Positions 1-13,706 of a stretch of 64,000 nucleotides of DNA are shown one piece after another. Positions within the stretch are counted from its first letter, which is position 1; each line of letters begins with the position of its first letter. The DNA comes from Macrostomum lignano (taxonomy: Eukaryota): assembly GCA_002269645.1 (NCBI GenBank), contig NIVC01002056.1, positions 78,522 through 142,521 of the forward strand, read 5' to 3'. The notes beneath the pieces are model-generated. The model was not told the origin of the DNA, did not search any database, and worked only from the letters and a program-made list of their open reading frames with translations. A program made the translations under genes and the position numbers.

Positions 1-1077
1 ACGCGGGTTCTATTTTTAGAACCAGCTGCAGTACCCTGTAGGTCAACCCTGGATCAATAACGTAGTACGTCTGCTGCATTATAGATTGTAGACATGCAAG
101 ACTGCACAAATGTAGGGACCCGAGTTTGAATTTTAAAATTGTAATTTTTTTATGAAATAGCTTTTCTAATGTCAATAAAACTAAAAAAAGAAGCTTAATG
201 TAAATCATAAAGAGTTTATTGGTGAATTGCTAATACGTCAAGCCGCGTGGGAAATTTCTGAGATGTCAATTCTGTCAATTTCGGCAATGTTTCTAAAGTT
301 GTGTTGTGATGAAATAATTTATCAAAACGCAACTTTTGGACATTTTGGACTCTGGACAAACTTGAAGAAATATAATTAGGATTTGAATTGCAGTTCGAAC
401 AGATAAATCTCCGAGCTTGAACTACTTTTGAGCAATACAACTACGAAAAGGCAAGCGAAATAATATTTGTTTCCCGGAGGGGTCATGACCCCCTTAATAT
501 TCTCGGGGTGGGGTAAGCCAACCCCCTACGCAGTTTCAGGTTGAGCTCCTCGTAGTGCAGTTTTAGTAGAATCTAAAATAAACCTTGACTCAAAGCCTCT
601 TAATATGCTCGTCACGTACCTCTGCTTGAGTTAAGCATATGGTATTATTCCGAGAACCTGCAACTTTTGAACTTTCAACCTTACAATTGTACGCACGAGC
701 TTCAAAAGCCCGCGGTAGTAAACACAGATTTACAAGGTCAGGCGAGATCCTTACTTCTAAGCATGGAACGAAACCTACAATGTCTGCAGGGAGTGAAGAG
801 CCTTCCTTATCAGATAGCAGGAAAGACAACGTTGAAGCTACGTTGTCGTTGAGCCTCTATACAATAGCAAGGTACAGTAGCAATCAATCGGAAAAACTCC
901 TTGCCATTCTATGTAACCTATAAGATCCAACGTGCCAATCTGACTCCACCAGCTGGTGCTAAGAACTGATAACTGCCGGTTTCGTGTTATATAAGCAGCC
1001 AAACTGTAGCAGCAATTACAATTCATGATAGTTTGTGTATTTTGTTTTATAGGTAAAATCAATATTAGCTTTTAAAA

Positions 1078-4000
1078 ATGAAATTCATCGGCCTCTGTAT
1101 AGCCGCTTCTCTGCTGGTCGGCTGCGGTAAGTCTACATATACATCTACGATTCAGCCAAGAACGTTGAAGCAACAAACAATTTGTTAGGGAAGATTAGAG
1201 TAAAATTTCAGTAGCTCAAAAGAAGACTCAGAGAAAAATCCTATAATATACAATGTGATAAAAATTCCACCTATAATTCCACCTATTTTATCCCCAATTA
1301 AAACCTCCGACGACAGCCGTCGCGCAGGACTGGGACGACCTTCGTGTCAGGTTTGGCATGAATCCGCTGTCCAACTTCGTCCAGATGCCTCGGACTGTTG
1401 CCGACGCCACTAGCCAGGGCTTCAAGCAGGAGACCAACTGCGATGGTGCGTTTTGGTGTTTTTTTGCTTTGATAATTTCTTGCGGCTTGTGACGGTTAGG
1501 GAGAATTAGGCTTGGGAAAATATTGGAAACGGTTTCTACAGCGATGTTGAATAAGCTATACTTACTAAAAACTGCATTTCTCGATGACATCGAAATAGAG
1601 AATAGTATACGAGTATGAGGACAAACTTTCAATTTTGTCAGGGAGATTGACGGATATAAGCAACAATCTGCTAGAGCGGGGGTCAGTAAACTTTTTCACC
1701 TCAAGAACCAGATAGAGAACCCAGCGCATGACTGCGGGCCAGAGAGGGGAGAAACGAGACGGAATAGAGAAGAGAGATAGGAGAAAGAAGAGACAAGGGA
1801 ATAAAGGAGAAGAGAGGAGAAGAGAGGAGGAGAGGAGAAAAGAGATGAAATAAGGAAGGAGAGAGAGAAGGAAGAGGAAAGAAGATGGGACAGGAAAGAG
1901 AGAAGGGAGAGGAGAGGAGAGGAGAGGAGAGGAGAAGAGAGAGAGGAGAGGAGAGGAGAGGAGAGGAGAGGAGAGGAGAGGAGAGGAGAGGAGAGGAGAG
2001 GAGAGGAGAGGAGAGGAGAGGAGAGGAGAGGAGAGGAGAGGAGAGGAGAGGAGAGGAGAGGAGAGGAGAGAGGAGAGGAGAGGAGAGGAGAGGAGAGGAG
2101 AGGAGAGAGGAGGAGAGGAGAGGAGAGGAGAGGAGAGGAGAGGAGAGGAGAGGAGAGGAGAGGAGAGGAGAGGAGAGGAGAGGAGAGGAGAGGAGAGGAG
2201 AGGAGAGGAGAGGAGAGGAGAGGAGAGGAGAGGAGAGGAGAGGAGAGGAGAGGAGAGGAGAGGAGAGGAGAGGAGAGGAGAGGAGAGGAGAGGAGAGGAG
2301 AGGAGAGGAGAGGAGAGGAGAGGAGAGGAGAGGAGAGGAGAGGAGAGGAGAGGAGAGGAGAGGAGAGGAGAGGAGAGGAGAGGAGAGGAGAGGAGAGGAG
2401 AGGAGAGGAGAGGAGAGGAGAGGAGATTATAGAGAAGGGAGCTAAGAAGAGTTACTCATGCAAAACTTGATCAGACGAATGATTAAATGACCCTATGGCC
2501 CGATAGAGAGGCTCTGGGACCGGGAGTTTGTTGACCCCTATACGGAAATACGGAACTGCAGTACACAGCACACGGTACAACGTGCAGATAATCAATGACA
2601 CTTTCTGTACAAAAGGAATATAAAAAACAACAACAGCAAACTTGCTAAAAAACCGCCTCGAAGATTTCCCCGGTTAGTCTTTCTATTTGTTATTCAATGT
2701 CTTTGCTTGCCTCTTTGGCTTGCCATCAGGTGCCGCAAACAAGTTCCTCGGACGCAGGTTCGTTCACAGGAGCGGCGACCGTTCCATCATGCTGCTGTAC
2801 GATGTTAACGGAATAATTGCCGGAATTCAGACTAACGTGAGAGCGCCAACCGATGTTCAACCAAGCGTTTGCTAGTTTTAATTAATACAGTTTCTAAAAG
2901 TTTAAAATGCACTTTTCTATCCGCAGGTGCCCAAGTCCACCGGCTTCCCGACAGCTGCTCACAAGAAGTTCCACGACATGTGGGTTGAAGAGCCGAATGC
3001 CCATGTGCTCACTGCCTACTTTGTGGATCCAAGTGAGTTGAATAAGAGCTGACCTCTCTTCTATAGGATGGCTAATGTACACTGCTCAACTCTTGCACCA
3101 AACACATATGACACTGAACTAAAGGTACCACTATCTAAGAGCTATAATTAGATTCAGCTGTTTGAACTGTGGGTAAACATAATTTTCTAAAATAGTTTAT
3201 TGTTGGCCGTCAACAACTAATATGTTATGGCTAATAAAACACAGAAAAACTGTCAAGGAAAAACTATTGACGACAATATTGACGAAAATATGATATACAA
3301 TTCACAAATCCTGTACAATACGAGCGTATTAGATATAAAGTAGGTTTCAATAATAACCCAAAGCTAAAAATAGAGTCGAGATTAGACCAAAATCTTAAAG
3401 ATTACGCTTGTATAGGTGCAACCGTGACCAGCTATTTCCAATAAACTGTCAACTGAATTTGGGTTCCTTCTATTTAGAACGTACACAAACTCTGAACCGT
3501 GGAAGCTTAAACCGATAACAATCTTCTTCCTCAAGGCATCGTGTGCACCACCGGCCGCAGCGCCGCCCAGCTGAACAACCAGGGCACTGGCACCGGCCTC
3601 TACCTGCAGAAGGGCCGCGCCAACAGCAACAGCGGCGTCAACTCTTTGCGGATCCCCAAGAACGAGGCTGACATGCCAAGCACCGCCTGGTCTAAGGGCA
3701 AGTGCTTCGTCTTCATGGGTAAGTTCGGATCCCAGATCCTCAGGTTGAGCCACCACACGATCCCAGATCCTCAGGCTAAGCCACCACACGATCCCAGATC
3801 CTCAGGCTAAGCCACCACACGATCCCAGATCCTCAGGCTAAGCCACCACACGATCCCAGATCCTCAGGCTAAGCCACCAAACGATCCCAGATCCCCAGGC
3901 TGAGCCACCACACTCCCAGATCCCCAGGCTGAGCCACCACACTCCCAGATCCTCAGGCTGAGCCACCACACTCCCAGATCCCCAGGCTGAGCCACCACAC

Positions 4001-4675
4001 TCCCAGATCCTCAGACTGAGCCACCACACTCCCAGATCCTCAGGCTGAGCCAATACACGTTCCCAGATCCTCAGGCTGGGGTTTAACACTCCCAGATCCT
4101 CAGGCTGAGCCACTACACGATCCCAGATCCTCAGGCTGGGGTTTAACACTCCCAGATCCTCAGGCTGAGCCACCACACTCCCAGATCCTAAGGCTGAGCC
4201 ACTACACGATCCCAGATCCTCAGGCTGGGGTTTAACACTCCCAGATCCTCAGGCTGGGGTTTAACACTGATTGCCAGCAATCTGCACCAGTCAATAAAAC
4301 TCCCTCCCTCCCCCTCCCACCCCAGGCCAGCACTATTGGTACAACATGCGCAAGAACATGAACTGCGATGACTTCATGCCCTACTTCCTGCTGTACAATG
4401 GCGGTAAACTGGACGGTTTCGGCTTCGCCATGACTGCCAACTACAATGGCGAGTACTATGAGCACCCGACCGTGTCTGTTGCTGGGGTGAGTCCTGACAC
4501 AGTGGCCATTGTCATTTCTGAGCACAGACAGCAAGTAGTTACTCCTACATGTATTTTTCAGAGCTTCTTCCCATTTGTCCCGGACTGCATGCACCAGCCG
4601 ACGCACCCCCAGACCTTCACCACCGCCCATGTCTACATGTACAAGCGGCCCTGGACCAAGCTGTGTGTCTTCTGA
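1078..4675 (+). CDS. Secreted cysteine-containing protein of unknown function, 7 coding exons, 282 aa
   Basis: Exons 1078-1126, 1317-1445, 2730-2836, 2927-3032, 3536-3718, 4326-4486, 4562-4675. All introns are GT-AG with compatible phases; total 849 nt = 283 codons with no internal stop. Starts with a signal-peptide-like MKFIGLCIAASLLVGCAVA and contains LLYDVNGIIAGIQ, GKCFVFMGQHYW and LLYNGGKLDGFG. AATAAA at 4760. Confidence 0.88.
1677..2540. mobile_element. Old hAT/Charlie-like MITE carrying an AG-rich microsatellite (intron 2 of gene 1)
   Basis: Left end CGGGGGTCAGTAAACTTTTT...CCAGATAG...GCGGGCCA; right end GGGAGTTTGTTGACCCCTA. These are imperfect TIRs resembling the CAGGGGTCAGCAAAC ends of hAT-Charlie elements. 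No intact TSD seen. Confidence 0.5.
1907..2426. repeat. (AGAGG)n pentanucleotide microsatellite within a wider AG-rich tract (about 1741-2440)
   Basis: Directly visible near-perfect GGAGA repeats; source of the spurious GEERR ORF. Confidence 0.97.
3725..4268. repeat. 29-31 bp minisatellite (CACGATCCCAGATCCTCAGGCTGAGCCACCA) in intron 5 of gene 1
   Basis: TCCCAGATC recurs at 3761 and 3792 (period 31) and at 3914 and 3943 (period 29). Confidence 0.95.
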
Positions 4676-5465
4676 GCTGTTTAAGCCGCGGTGTTCATCA
4701 AGCTACTGAAAGTAGACTAGGAAGATTTCAGTTGAGTAAAGAAATATAAAAAAGTAGGAAATAAAACTGATCAAACATTGAAATTGTTTCAATTTTTACG
4801 TTATTTCTTTGTAATTTGCTTTTGGCATGGCATAAACTGAAATGTTTGCTAAATCACAGAAAATTTAATACATGTATGTACTTCTCGCACCTCACAATCA
4901 TATAAAAACAATATTTAAAGCATAGCGTAATATTATTGTTCACCGCGGCTGGGTGAATAATACGCTCGTCCAAAAGTTAAACAAGAAAAATCTCGAAACT
5001 GTGTACCTTCTGTTAAACATAAAGTATTTATTAAATCATTATTCAAAACTAAGACATACTACACAGTGGTAGTCGAACCTTATTCAAGGCTAAGATGTAC
5101 TTTAATATATACTTTATTCACTTTCCAGTCTATTCACTTCACTGCCAGTCTAATTCAAAGTAAAATTCAAAATACGACAAATAGACATCCGCGCACGTGC
5201 AATGCATACCAATCACCAAATTCTGCGACATCAAGGACCATAAACTAATTTGAGAGCTGTTGTCATGACAGTTGACAGTGTGGAATGTCTGTCAAAGAAA
5301 GCACTGTATGGTAACGAAATGGTTTATTAGCTCAAGGCTTGAAAAATTAACTGTGTAATCGTTATATTGCGTTATTCAAATTAAAAAATCTGCTCGATTT
5401 TGAAGTGTGACGACAATTTCGCTTTTATAGTTCATTGTGTTTACATTGAGCTGTCTTCTCAACGT

Positions 5466-8400
5466 TTATTGCGGAGGCGGCGCAGTTGCCATGGCGAACA
5501 CCGGGTAGCTGGGCGCCCACTGGGAGGTGCCGTTCACGTTTTTTCCAGCGCCCTCCTCAGGGTCCATGTTCACCCGGCCGAACATGCACTCTTCGTAGGT
5601 GGGCGGCGCTGCGAAAGAGCATATTTTTTAATGGCTTTAACATATTATCAACGCATAGCCTACTAACGAGTAGCGAGAACTGAATATGAGACTCCAAAAG
5701 GAAATTTCTAGCCTCTGTCATAGTGGTGTCCCCCTGTTACAGGGAGCTGTAAGCCCAGCGGTCTAGCGCGGCGTTCTGGTGTGCCTGCGGCCCAGGCTCG
5801 ATTACAGTCACATTAATTTGGGCCTAAATTTGAATCTCGGCTTAGCTCTGCTCGTGCAATTATCGCCCATTCAGGCCAAACCCCAAGACACAGTGAAGTG
5901 TACATGCCTAACGATAAATAAAGTTAGGGCCGCTGTACACTCCTGTGTGAGTGTGTGCCTGTGCGTATGACTGCGTACGTAAACGCGCGATTGTGTACCT
6001 GCTCAGAGGAGTCGGTGGAATGGGCAGCAATGCCTCTCGCTGGTTGTGTGACAATTTTCGATATTATCCTATATACTAAAATTTGATGCTATGTTCGAAC
6101 ATTATTCGATGATGTGGGAACATTTTGAAGGGATTGCGTAGGCGAAAACTTATCATAAATAGCGCGATGGTTTACGTACAGTATATTCTTCTTACATTGC
6201 TACTAACCTAGGCCCCGTGTGAATCAAGGGTAACACTGAGCACTACCATGACTTATTGTCACATGAATTCCTGTTTAAAGGTCTTTATAGCTAACTATAT
6301 ACAAGCTTAGGATACAATTTAGCTCATCAATAGTATTTAAACGAACAATCAAACTTGCCCCCCCATTCGAGGCGCCCAATAAGCAAGGCTTGCTTTAATA
6401 TGCTTATATCATATGTTAAGATAAACTAATAAATACATTTAGAGCTACCTTATCATCTGATCATTTATTCAAAATCTAATCGCTAATGTGCTTGTAATAG
6501 TGTAGATGATGATCTACGCTAATTATTAATCACACGCGAGTTCACATCAGTCAGTAGCTCGTACTTACGGGGCACAGCTGGAGCCGGCGGCTGAGACGTG
6601 ATCGCCATCATTGGACCGTCATAGCCGTAGCCGGGTCCTTGACCCCACGGCATCGAGGACCAGAGCGGCACGGTGCCGATCAGCAGCTCGCAGCACTCCT
6701 CCTTCATGGACAGGCAGCAGCCACCGTCTGCGTTCACCTGAATGAGTGAGGTTTGCGTTGTGGGGTACTCACCGTACTCAAAATTTCAGGTTGATCAGTC
6801 TGCTTTTTCATCGAAGAAACACTCCCCATTGCGGTTTATAGTGTTTGTCCAGACGATAAACACACTTCCCATTGCGGTTTATAGTGCTTGTCCAGCCGAT
6901 AAACACACACTCCCCATTGCAGTTTATAGTGCTTGTCCAGCCGATAAACACACTCCCCATTGCAGTTTATAGTGCTTGTCCAGCCGATAAACACACTCCC
7001 ATTGCAGTTTATAGTGCTTGTCCAGCCGATAAACACACTCCCCATTGCAGTTTATAGTGCTTGTCCAGCCGATAAACACACTCCCCATTGCAGTTTATAG
7101 TGCTTGTCCAACCGATAAACACACTCCCCATTGCAGTTTATAGTGCTTGTCCAGACGATAAACACACTCCCCATTGCAGTTTATAGTGCTTGTCCAGACG
7201 ATAAACACACTCCCCTTTTTAAGTCAGCTAGTTCAACTTTCATCATTTCTTTTAATGAGCCCAGAACGACCTCCTTAGTCAGCGTGAATTTACTTACTCA
7301 ATGTGTAGGCAAATGAACTCAACGCTGAACTCACCCTGAAATAGTAGAACATTTCAATATTGTTGCAGCCCTCGATATGCGAGCTGGGCATCGGGTTCAC
7401 CGGCAGCAGGTGATCTAAATAGATGCTGGCTCCCTTGGCAACGCCTGGCAAGTCAACCGAGGAGGCCACCCGAGTAGTGGATCGCGACTTGCTAGTTGCA
7501 TGGAACACGCATCTCTGCGGGTTGAGGAGATTATTAGTACAATATACTCTGTGCACATTCTTTCTGATGAGTCTGACGCACGAATACTAGAAACTTGGCT
7601 ACGATCTGCCTCAAAAAAGTCTGACGAGACAGCAAACTAGAAGGGCAAACAAGTGGGAGCAAAACTTACTTCCGTTTCGCTCAGGACTTAGTCCCTCGTA
7701 CAATGCTCCTTACGGATCAAGGTTAATGCAGCATTCTTATCGACAACATGTAGAAACAGTATGTGCCTTATTACACAGCTAGAATTCTGCAATTCAATTC
7801 TGAGTAGCTAGAGCCAAGAAAAATTGATGCGTGTAAATCCTTGGCCGTCTGCAAAACAGCGATACACGCTACAGTGGCTCACAATATATTTATGTGGCTT
7901 CCTGTGTCCAGAGGCTCTTCAATGACAGATTTGCGTTCTTAAACTCCAACAGTGACCCGATGTCCTACTTTATATTCCTACTTTATATTGTCCTGTCCAT
8001 TTATATTCTCCAGTGTGCATCCCATACTCCCACTATTTCCTCATCATTCACACCCTTTCCCATCCTCTCACTGTTTCCCCATTCTTCTTCACCGTTTCCC
8101 ACACTCCCACAATTTTCCCATCCTCTCACCGTTTTCCAATTCTTTCTTCACCGTTTCCCACACTCCCACCATTTTCCCATCCTCTCACCGTTTTTCCATC
8201 CTCTCACCGTTCTTCATCCTCTCACCGTTCATCATCCTCTCACCGTTCTTCATCCTCTCACCGTTCCTCATCCTCTCACCGTTCTTCATCCTCTCACCGT
8301 TCCTCATCCTCTCACCGTTCTTCATCCTCTCACCGTTCCTCATCCTCTCACCGTTATTCATCCTCTCACCGTTCCTCATCCTCTCACCGTTCTTCATCCT

Positions 8401-9877
8401 CTCACCGTTCCTCATCCTCTCACCGTTCTTCATCCTCTCACCGTTCCTCATCCTCTCACCGTTCTTCATCCTCTCACCGTTCCTCATCCTCTCACCGTTC
8501 TTCATCCTCTCACCGTTCCTCATCCTCTCACCGTTCCTCATCCTCTCACCGTTCTTCATCCTCTCACCGTTCCTCATCCTCTCACCGTTCTTCATCCTCT
8601 CACCGTTCCTCATCCTCTCACCGTTATTCATCCTCTCACCGTTCCTCATCCTCTCACCGTTCTTCATCCTCTCACCGTTCCTCATCCTCTCACCGTTCTT
8701 CATCCTCTCACCGTTCCTCATCCTCTCACTGTTCCTTATCCTCTAACCGTTTCCCCGTTCTCCCACCGCCTTCCCTATCTTCTCACCGTCCTCCCAAACG
8801 TCCCACCGTCTGACACCCACCCACAACTTAATCTTCATCCAAACCACTCTACCCGATCCAGCCTCCCCTCCCCGCAGATCCTATTGAACTCCTACCTGGT
8901 ATATCTCCAGGCTGACGCTCTCTAGCTCGGTGCCGCTGGTGTTGGCGATCTCGCCGGTGACGCGAACCTGCTCGCCGGGCACGAAGCCCCTCTTCGGTAG
9001 TTGGACTCTCACGAGCAGCTTACCAAAGCAGCAGTTGAAACAGTAGCAGCAGTTCACATCGAACTCGTTCTCAGTAAAAAACGGCCCGATTGCGTCCATT
9101 GGCCTCGTGTTCAAATCGAAGTCGCGAATCACCGTGTAGAATGCCTGGGTGTAGTTGTCGAACTTCCACGGCCGATCGATGCTGGCCTTGACGTAGTACC
9201 GAATCCGACCGACGTCGCCTTCGAATGAGTTGGGCGCGGTTGGCGGGATCTGGAAAGTCAGCGGGTAGTAGTACTCTCCCGCAGGGTGGTGCTCGGCGTT
9301 CGGGCCCGTGCCGCTAGGAGCTGCGGGTGGCGGATGGCGTTGAGCAGGTAACACACCTGGGTCTAACTAGTGAACACATTCAGATCTACACACCGAATCT
9401 AAAAGGTGGCACCGATATCTAGAAGTAAATTAATCCCTATAGCAGAACTTGATCAGAGAGTAATATAACTCACTAAACACCGGAACTTTCTGTTCAATGT
9501 AGATTTCCTCAGATGAGTAGTGTTTGGTGTAGGAGCTCTTCCCGGATTGCTTGCGTTCAGTCCAGTGGACGTAACTGTTGCCGAATAGTTTAACGTAAAT
9601 TGCTGGAATGATACAGGCATACGAGTATTTAAGGCCAAGAAACTGACTGACTGACTGACTGACTGACTGACTGACTGACTGACTGACTGACTGACTGACT
9701 GACTGACTGACTGACTGACTGACTGACTGACTGACAAAACCCATTCCTACCTCGGCACTTGACGGGTTCCCGCAGCACCAGATGCACTCTGAGCGCAACT
9801 GTCTGCCCGGAGCGGTACACGGCTCGAGGATTTTCGGAGGCATCGTCGAACAAAATTTCCAGCGTTTGAACTTTCAT
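5466..9877 (-). CDS. ARRDC: Alpha-arrestin (arrestin domain-containing protein), copy A, 6 coding exons, 390 aa
   Basis: Exons 9877-9751, 9602-9474, 9320-8896, 7514-7335, 6737-6569, 5608-5466; GT-AG, phases consistent, 1173 nt. Arrestin-N motifs (VYRSGQTV, FGNSYVHWTE, PAGEYYYPLTFQIP, SFEGDVGRIRYYVKASIDRPW), arrestin-C motifs (LPKRGFVPGEQV, PSSHIEGC, LLIGTVP) and a C-terminal PPTY. Confidence 0.93.
5740..6050 (+). mobile_element. Possible tRNA-derived SINE in the last intron of arrestin A
   Basis: GC-richer island starting with A-box-like AAGCCCAGCGGTCTAGCGCG and B-box-like GGCTCGATTAC; no second copy in the window to confirm. Confidence 0.3.
6815..7215. repeat. 42-45 bp minisatellite (CCCCATTGCAGTTTATAGTGCTTGTCCAGCCGATAAACACACT)
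   Basis: About 9 visible tandem copies in intron 4 of arrestin A. Confidence 0.95.
8015..8790. repeat. 18 bp minisatellite (TCCTCTCACCGTTCYTCA) with degenerate flanks
   Basis: Directly visible; explains the 6-aa periodic ORFs in all frames; intron 3 of arrestin A. Confidence 0.97.
9642..9735. repeat. (ACTG)n tetranucleotide microsatellite filling most of intron 1 of arrestin A
   Basis: About 23 perfect copies. Confidence 0.98.
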
Positions 9878-10011
9878 GGCGGAAAAAATCTGTAAGGGGC
9901 GAGTTTCGGTGAAGAATTCTGAGCTGGCTGGGTTGGAAACCTGCGATGTGGAATGAATGTCTCAAGTGTAAAAAGAGAGACTCCCTGGTGACAGATAGTA
10001 AAAATCTCACA

Positions 10012-10565
10012 ATAGAGACACACTGAGAATCTTACCGTAGAGACACTGTGAATCTTACCGTAGAGACACTGAGAATCTTACCAAAGAGACACTGAGAATC
10101 TCACCAAACAGACACTGAGAATCTCACCAAAGAGACACTGAGAATCTCACCAAAGAGACACTGAGAATCTCACCATAGAGACACTGAGAATCTCACCAAA
10201 GAGACACTGGGAATCTCACCATTGAGACAAAGAGAATCTCATCATTGAGACAAAGAGAATCTCATCATTGAGACAAAGAGAATCTCATCATTGAGACACT
10301 GAGAATCTCACCAAAGAGACACTGAGAATCTCACCAAAGAGACACTGAGAATCTCACCAAAGAGACACTGAGAATCTCACCATAGAGACACTGAGAATCT
10401 CACCAAAGAGACACTGAGAATCTCACCAAAGAGACACTGAGAATCTCACCAAAGAGACACTGAGAATCTCACCATAGAGACACTGAGAATCTCACCAAAG
10501 AGACACTGAGAATCCCACCAAAGAGACACTGAGAATCTCACCAAAGGGACACTGAGAATCTCACA
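10012..10565. repeat. 23 bp minisatellite (AGAGACACTGAGAATCTCACCAA)
   Basis: Directly visible tandem copies; each contains the palindrome TGAGA-A-TCTCA. Confidence 0.96.
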
Positions 10566-11044
10566 TCTCATGCAAACGAGAAAGACAAATTTGCTCACCT
10601 AAATTAATTAATTCTGCCGCATTAGAAAAGTTCGTCTCAGTAATTAATGAGTAGTGCAAGTTTGATCTCTCGCTGGCTAATAAAGATTTCTGTTTAATCA
10701 ATTCGTCCCTAACTGTAGGTTTTTGAGCAAACAACCGGACAGAAGGTTGGGGTAAATACAATCGTTTTCTACCCCCTCCCCACACCTCAGTTCGGACTCA
10801 GCCACATTGCAATGAGAGAAGAAGGGCGATTGGGCAGGATTATACAAGCTTAGTATGCCGTACGGTTTTATGCCAAGATCAGTGAGCGTGAAAATGAGAA
10901 TTTAAATGCAGGAAAACCACGGACTGCGCTGCTGTTTCACGAATAAGAAACACTGCTCAAATAGGGGTGTTTTGCACCTCAGGAATGTACTTTTACGCTG
11001 TCTGTAGCGTAACTATTATTATATATTGCTTAAATATTGTCTGC

Positions 11045-12690
11045 ATCTACACCTATCATTATAAAGGACTGCTAATCTACACCTATGATTAGAATGGATT
11101 GCTAATCTGCACCTACATGATTAGATGTATTGCTAATCTACACCTATATGATTAGTTGGATTGCTAATCTACACCTATATGATTAGTTGGATTGCTAATC
11201 TACACCTATATGATTAGATGGATTGCTGATCTGCACCTATGTGATTAGATGTATTGCTAATCTACACCTATATGATTAGTTGGATTGCTAATCTACACCT
11301 ATATGATTAGAATGGATTGCTAATCTACACCTATATGATTATAATGGATTGCTAATCTACACCTATGATTATAATGGATTGCTAATCTACACCTATGATT
11401 AGAATGGATTGCTAATCTACACCTATATGATTAGAATGGATTGCTAATCTACAACTAATGATTATAATGGATTGCTAATCTACAACTAATGATTAGAATG
11501 GATTGCTAATCTACAACTAATGATTATAATGGATTGCTAATCTACAACTAATGATTATAATGGATTGCTAATCTACACCTATGATTAGAATGGATTGCTA
11601 ATCTACACCTATGATTAGAATGGATTGCTAATCTACAACTAATGATTATAATGGATTGCTAATCTACAACTAATGATTAGAATGGATTGCTAATCTACAA
11701 CTAATGATTATAATGGATTGCTAATCTACAACTAATGATTAGAATGGATTGCTAATCTACAACTAATGATTAGAATGGATTGCTAATCTACAACTAATGA
11801 TTAGAATGGATTGCTAATCTACACCTATATGATTAGAATGGATTGCTAATCTACAACTAATGATTATAATGGATTGCTAATCTACACCTATGATTATAAT
11901 GGATTGCTAATCTACAACTAATGATTAGAATGGATTGCTAATCTACACCTATGATTATAATGGATTGCTAATCTACACCTATGATTAGAATGGATTGCTA
12001 ATCTACACCTATATGATTAGAATGGATTGCTAATCTACACCTATGATTATAATGGATTGCTAATCTACACCTATATGATTAGAATGGATTGCTAATCTAC
12101 ACCTATGATTATAATGGATTGCTAATCTACAACTAATGATTATAATGGATTGCTAATCTACAACTAATGATTAGAATGGATTGCTAATCTACAACTAATG
12201 ATTATAATGGATTGCTAATCTACAACTAATGATTATAATGGATTGCTAATCTACAACTAATGATTATAATGGATTGCTAATCTACACCTATGATTAGAAT
12301 GGATTGCTAATCTACACCTATGATTAGAATGGATTGCTAATCTACAACTAATGATTATAATGGATTGCTAATCTACAACTAATGATTAGAATGGATTGCT
12401 AATCTACAACTAATGATTAGAATGGATTGCTAATCTACAACTAATGATTAGAATGGATTGCTAATCTACACCTATATGATTAGAATGGATTGCTAATCTA
12501 CAACTAATGATTATAATGGATTGCTAATCTACACCTATGATTATAATGGATTGCTAATCTACACCTATGATTATAATGGATTGCTAATCTACACCTATGA
12601 TTATAATGGATTGCTAATCTACACCTATATGATTAGAATGGATTGCTAATCTACACCTAAGATGAGATGGATTGCTAATCTACACTACGA
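11045..12690. repeat. 30-32 bp minisatellite (TGATTAGAATGGATTGCTAATCTACACCTA), about 1.6 kb
   Basis: Directly visible; unit contains the inverted pair GATTAG...CTAATC. Confidence 0.97.
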
Positions 12691-13239
12691 ACAAATACAT
12701 GTACATGTATACTGGATTATAGATACATTACTAAAGTTGCCATAACTACCAAGATAAGTAAATGAGACTTACCACACAAAATGATAAAACACTGACAGGC
12801 CTTCGCCAATAACTGGCAGAAATTTTTTAAAGCTCGCCCAGAGATACCGCTGCTCGAGTTCGCCGCACTTTTTAAGCAATCTCGCAACCAATGCTGTCCA
12901 ATGGCGTGGGAAGCCCAGAGGTCGATAAGAAGGTATAGAGAGTGACTGTGAACGTACGGCTTGCCTCACAGCTCAACCTGATAAGAAATGCTTGTTGCTA
13001 TTTTTGGTTAATCTTTAAAAAAGCAGTTTAGCCCAAATAGACTTAAGCTGCGATGCGATACCCTCCTGAGCATGACTTTTGCAGTCATATTATTTTGAGA
13101 AAATGCATTCATAAGAATTGTACTTTAACTCCTTGCCTTTGCTGTACCAATTATAAATTCATGCATATGAGTCATTGCGCCTGTCTTGGATCATGCTCAC
13201 TCAATTTATAGTTGTACAGGGGTTACAAAATAAATCAAT

Positions 13240-13706
13240 AGTGACAAAACTGAAATCAAGAGTGACAAAACTGACATCAAGAGTGACAAAATGACATCAA
13301 GAGTGACAAAACTGGCATCAAGAGTGACAAAACTGACATCAAGAGAAACAAAAATGTCATCAAGAGTGACAAAACTGACATCAAGAGTGACAAAATGACA
13401 TCAAGAGTGACAAAATGACATCAAGAGTGACAAAACTGGCATCAAGAGTGACAAAACTGACATCAAGAGAAACAAAAATGTCATCAAGAGTGACAAAACT
13501 GACATCAAGAGTGACAAAATGACATCAAGAGTGACAAAACTGGCATCAAGAGTGACAAAACTGACATCAAGAGTGACAAAATGACATCAAGAGTGACAAA
13601 ATGCCATCAAGAGTGACAAAACTGACATCAAGAGTGACAAAATGACATCAAGAGTGACAAAATGACATCAAGAGTGACAAAACTGGCATCAAGAGTGACA
13701 AAACTG
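13240..13706. repeat. 20-21 bp minisatellite (CATCAAGAGTGACAAAACTGA), left block
   Basis: Directly visible; same unit as 14110-14285. Confidence 0.96.

Noticed and set aside
6-23. Perfect hairpin GGTTCTA-TTTT-TAGAACC, with look-alikes near 3470, 18764 and 23431
   Set aside because: At the window edge, the flanks of the look-alikes do not align, and no element could be defined.
1885-2445. 186-aa GEERR-rich ORF
   Set aside because: Translation of the (AGAGG)n microsatellite inside an intron.
7564-7640. Hammerhead ribozyme (CTGATGAG and CTGACGAG cores)
   Set aside because: No properly spaced GAAA core or closing stems could be built by eye.
7894-8925. Overlapping 178-343 aa ORFs on both strands
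   Set aside because: Products of the 18-bp minisatellite in arrestin A intron 3.
12769-12990. Protein-like minus-strand frames after an AG acceptor
   Set aside because: Only fragmentary resemblance to arrestin exons, in inconsistent order.
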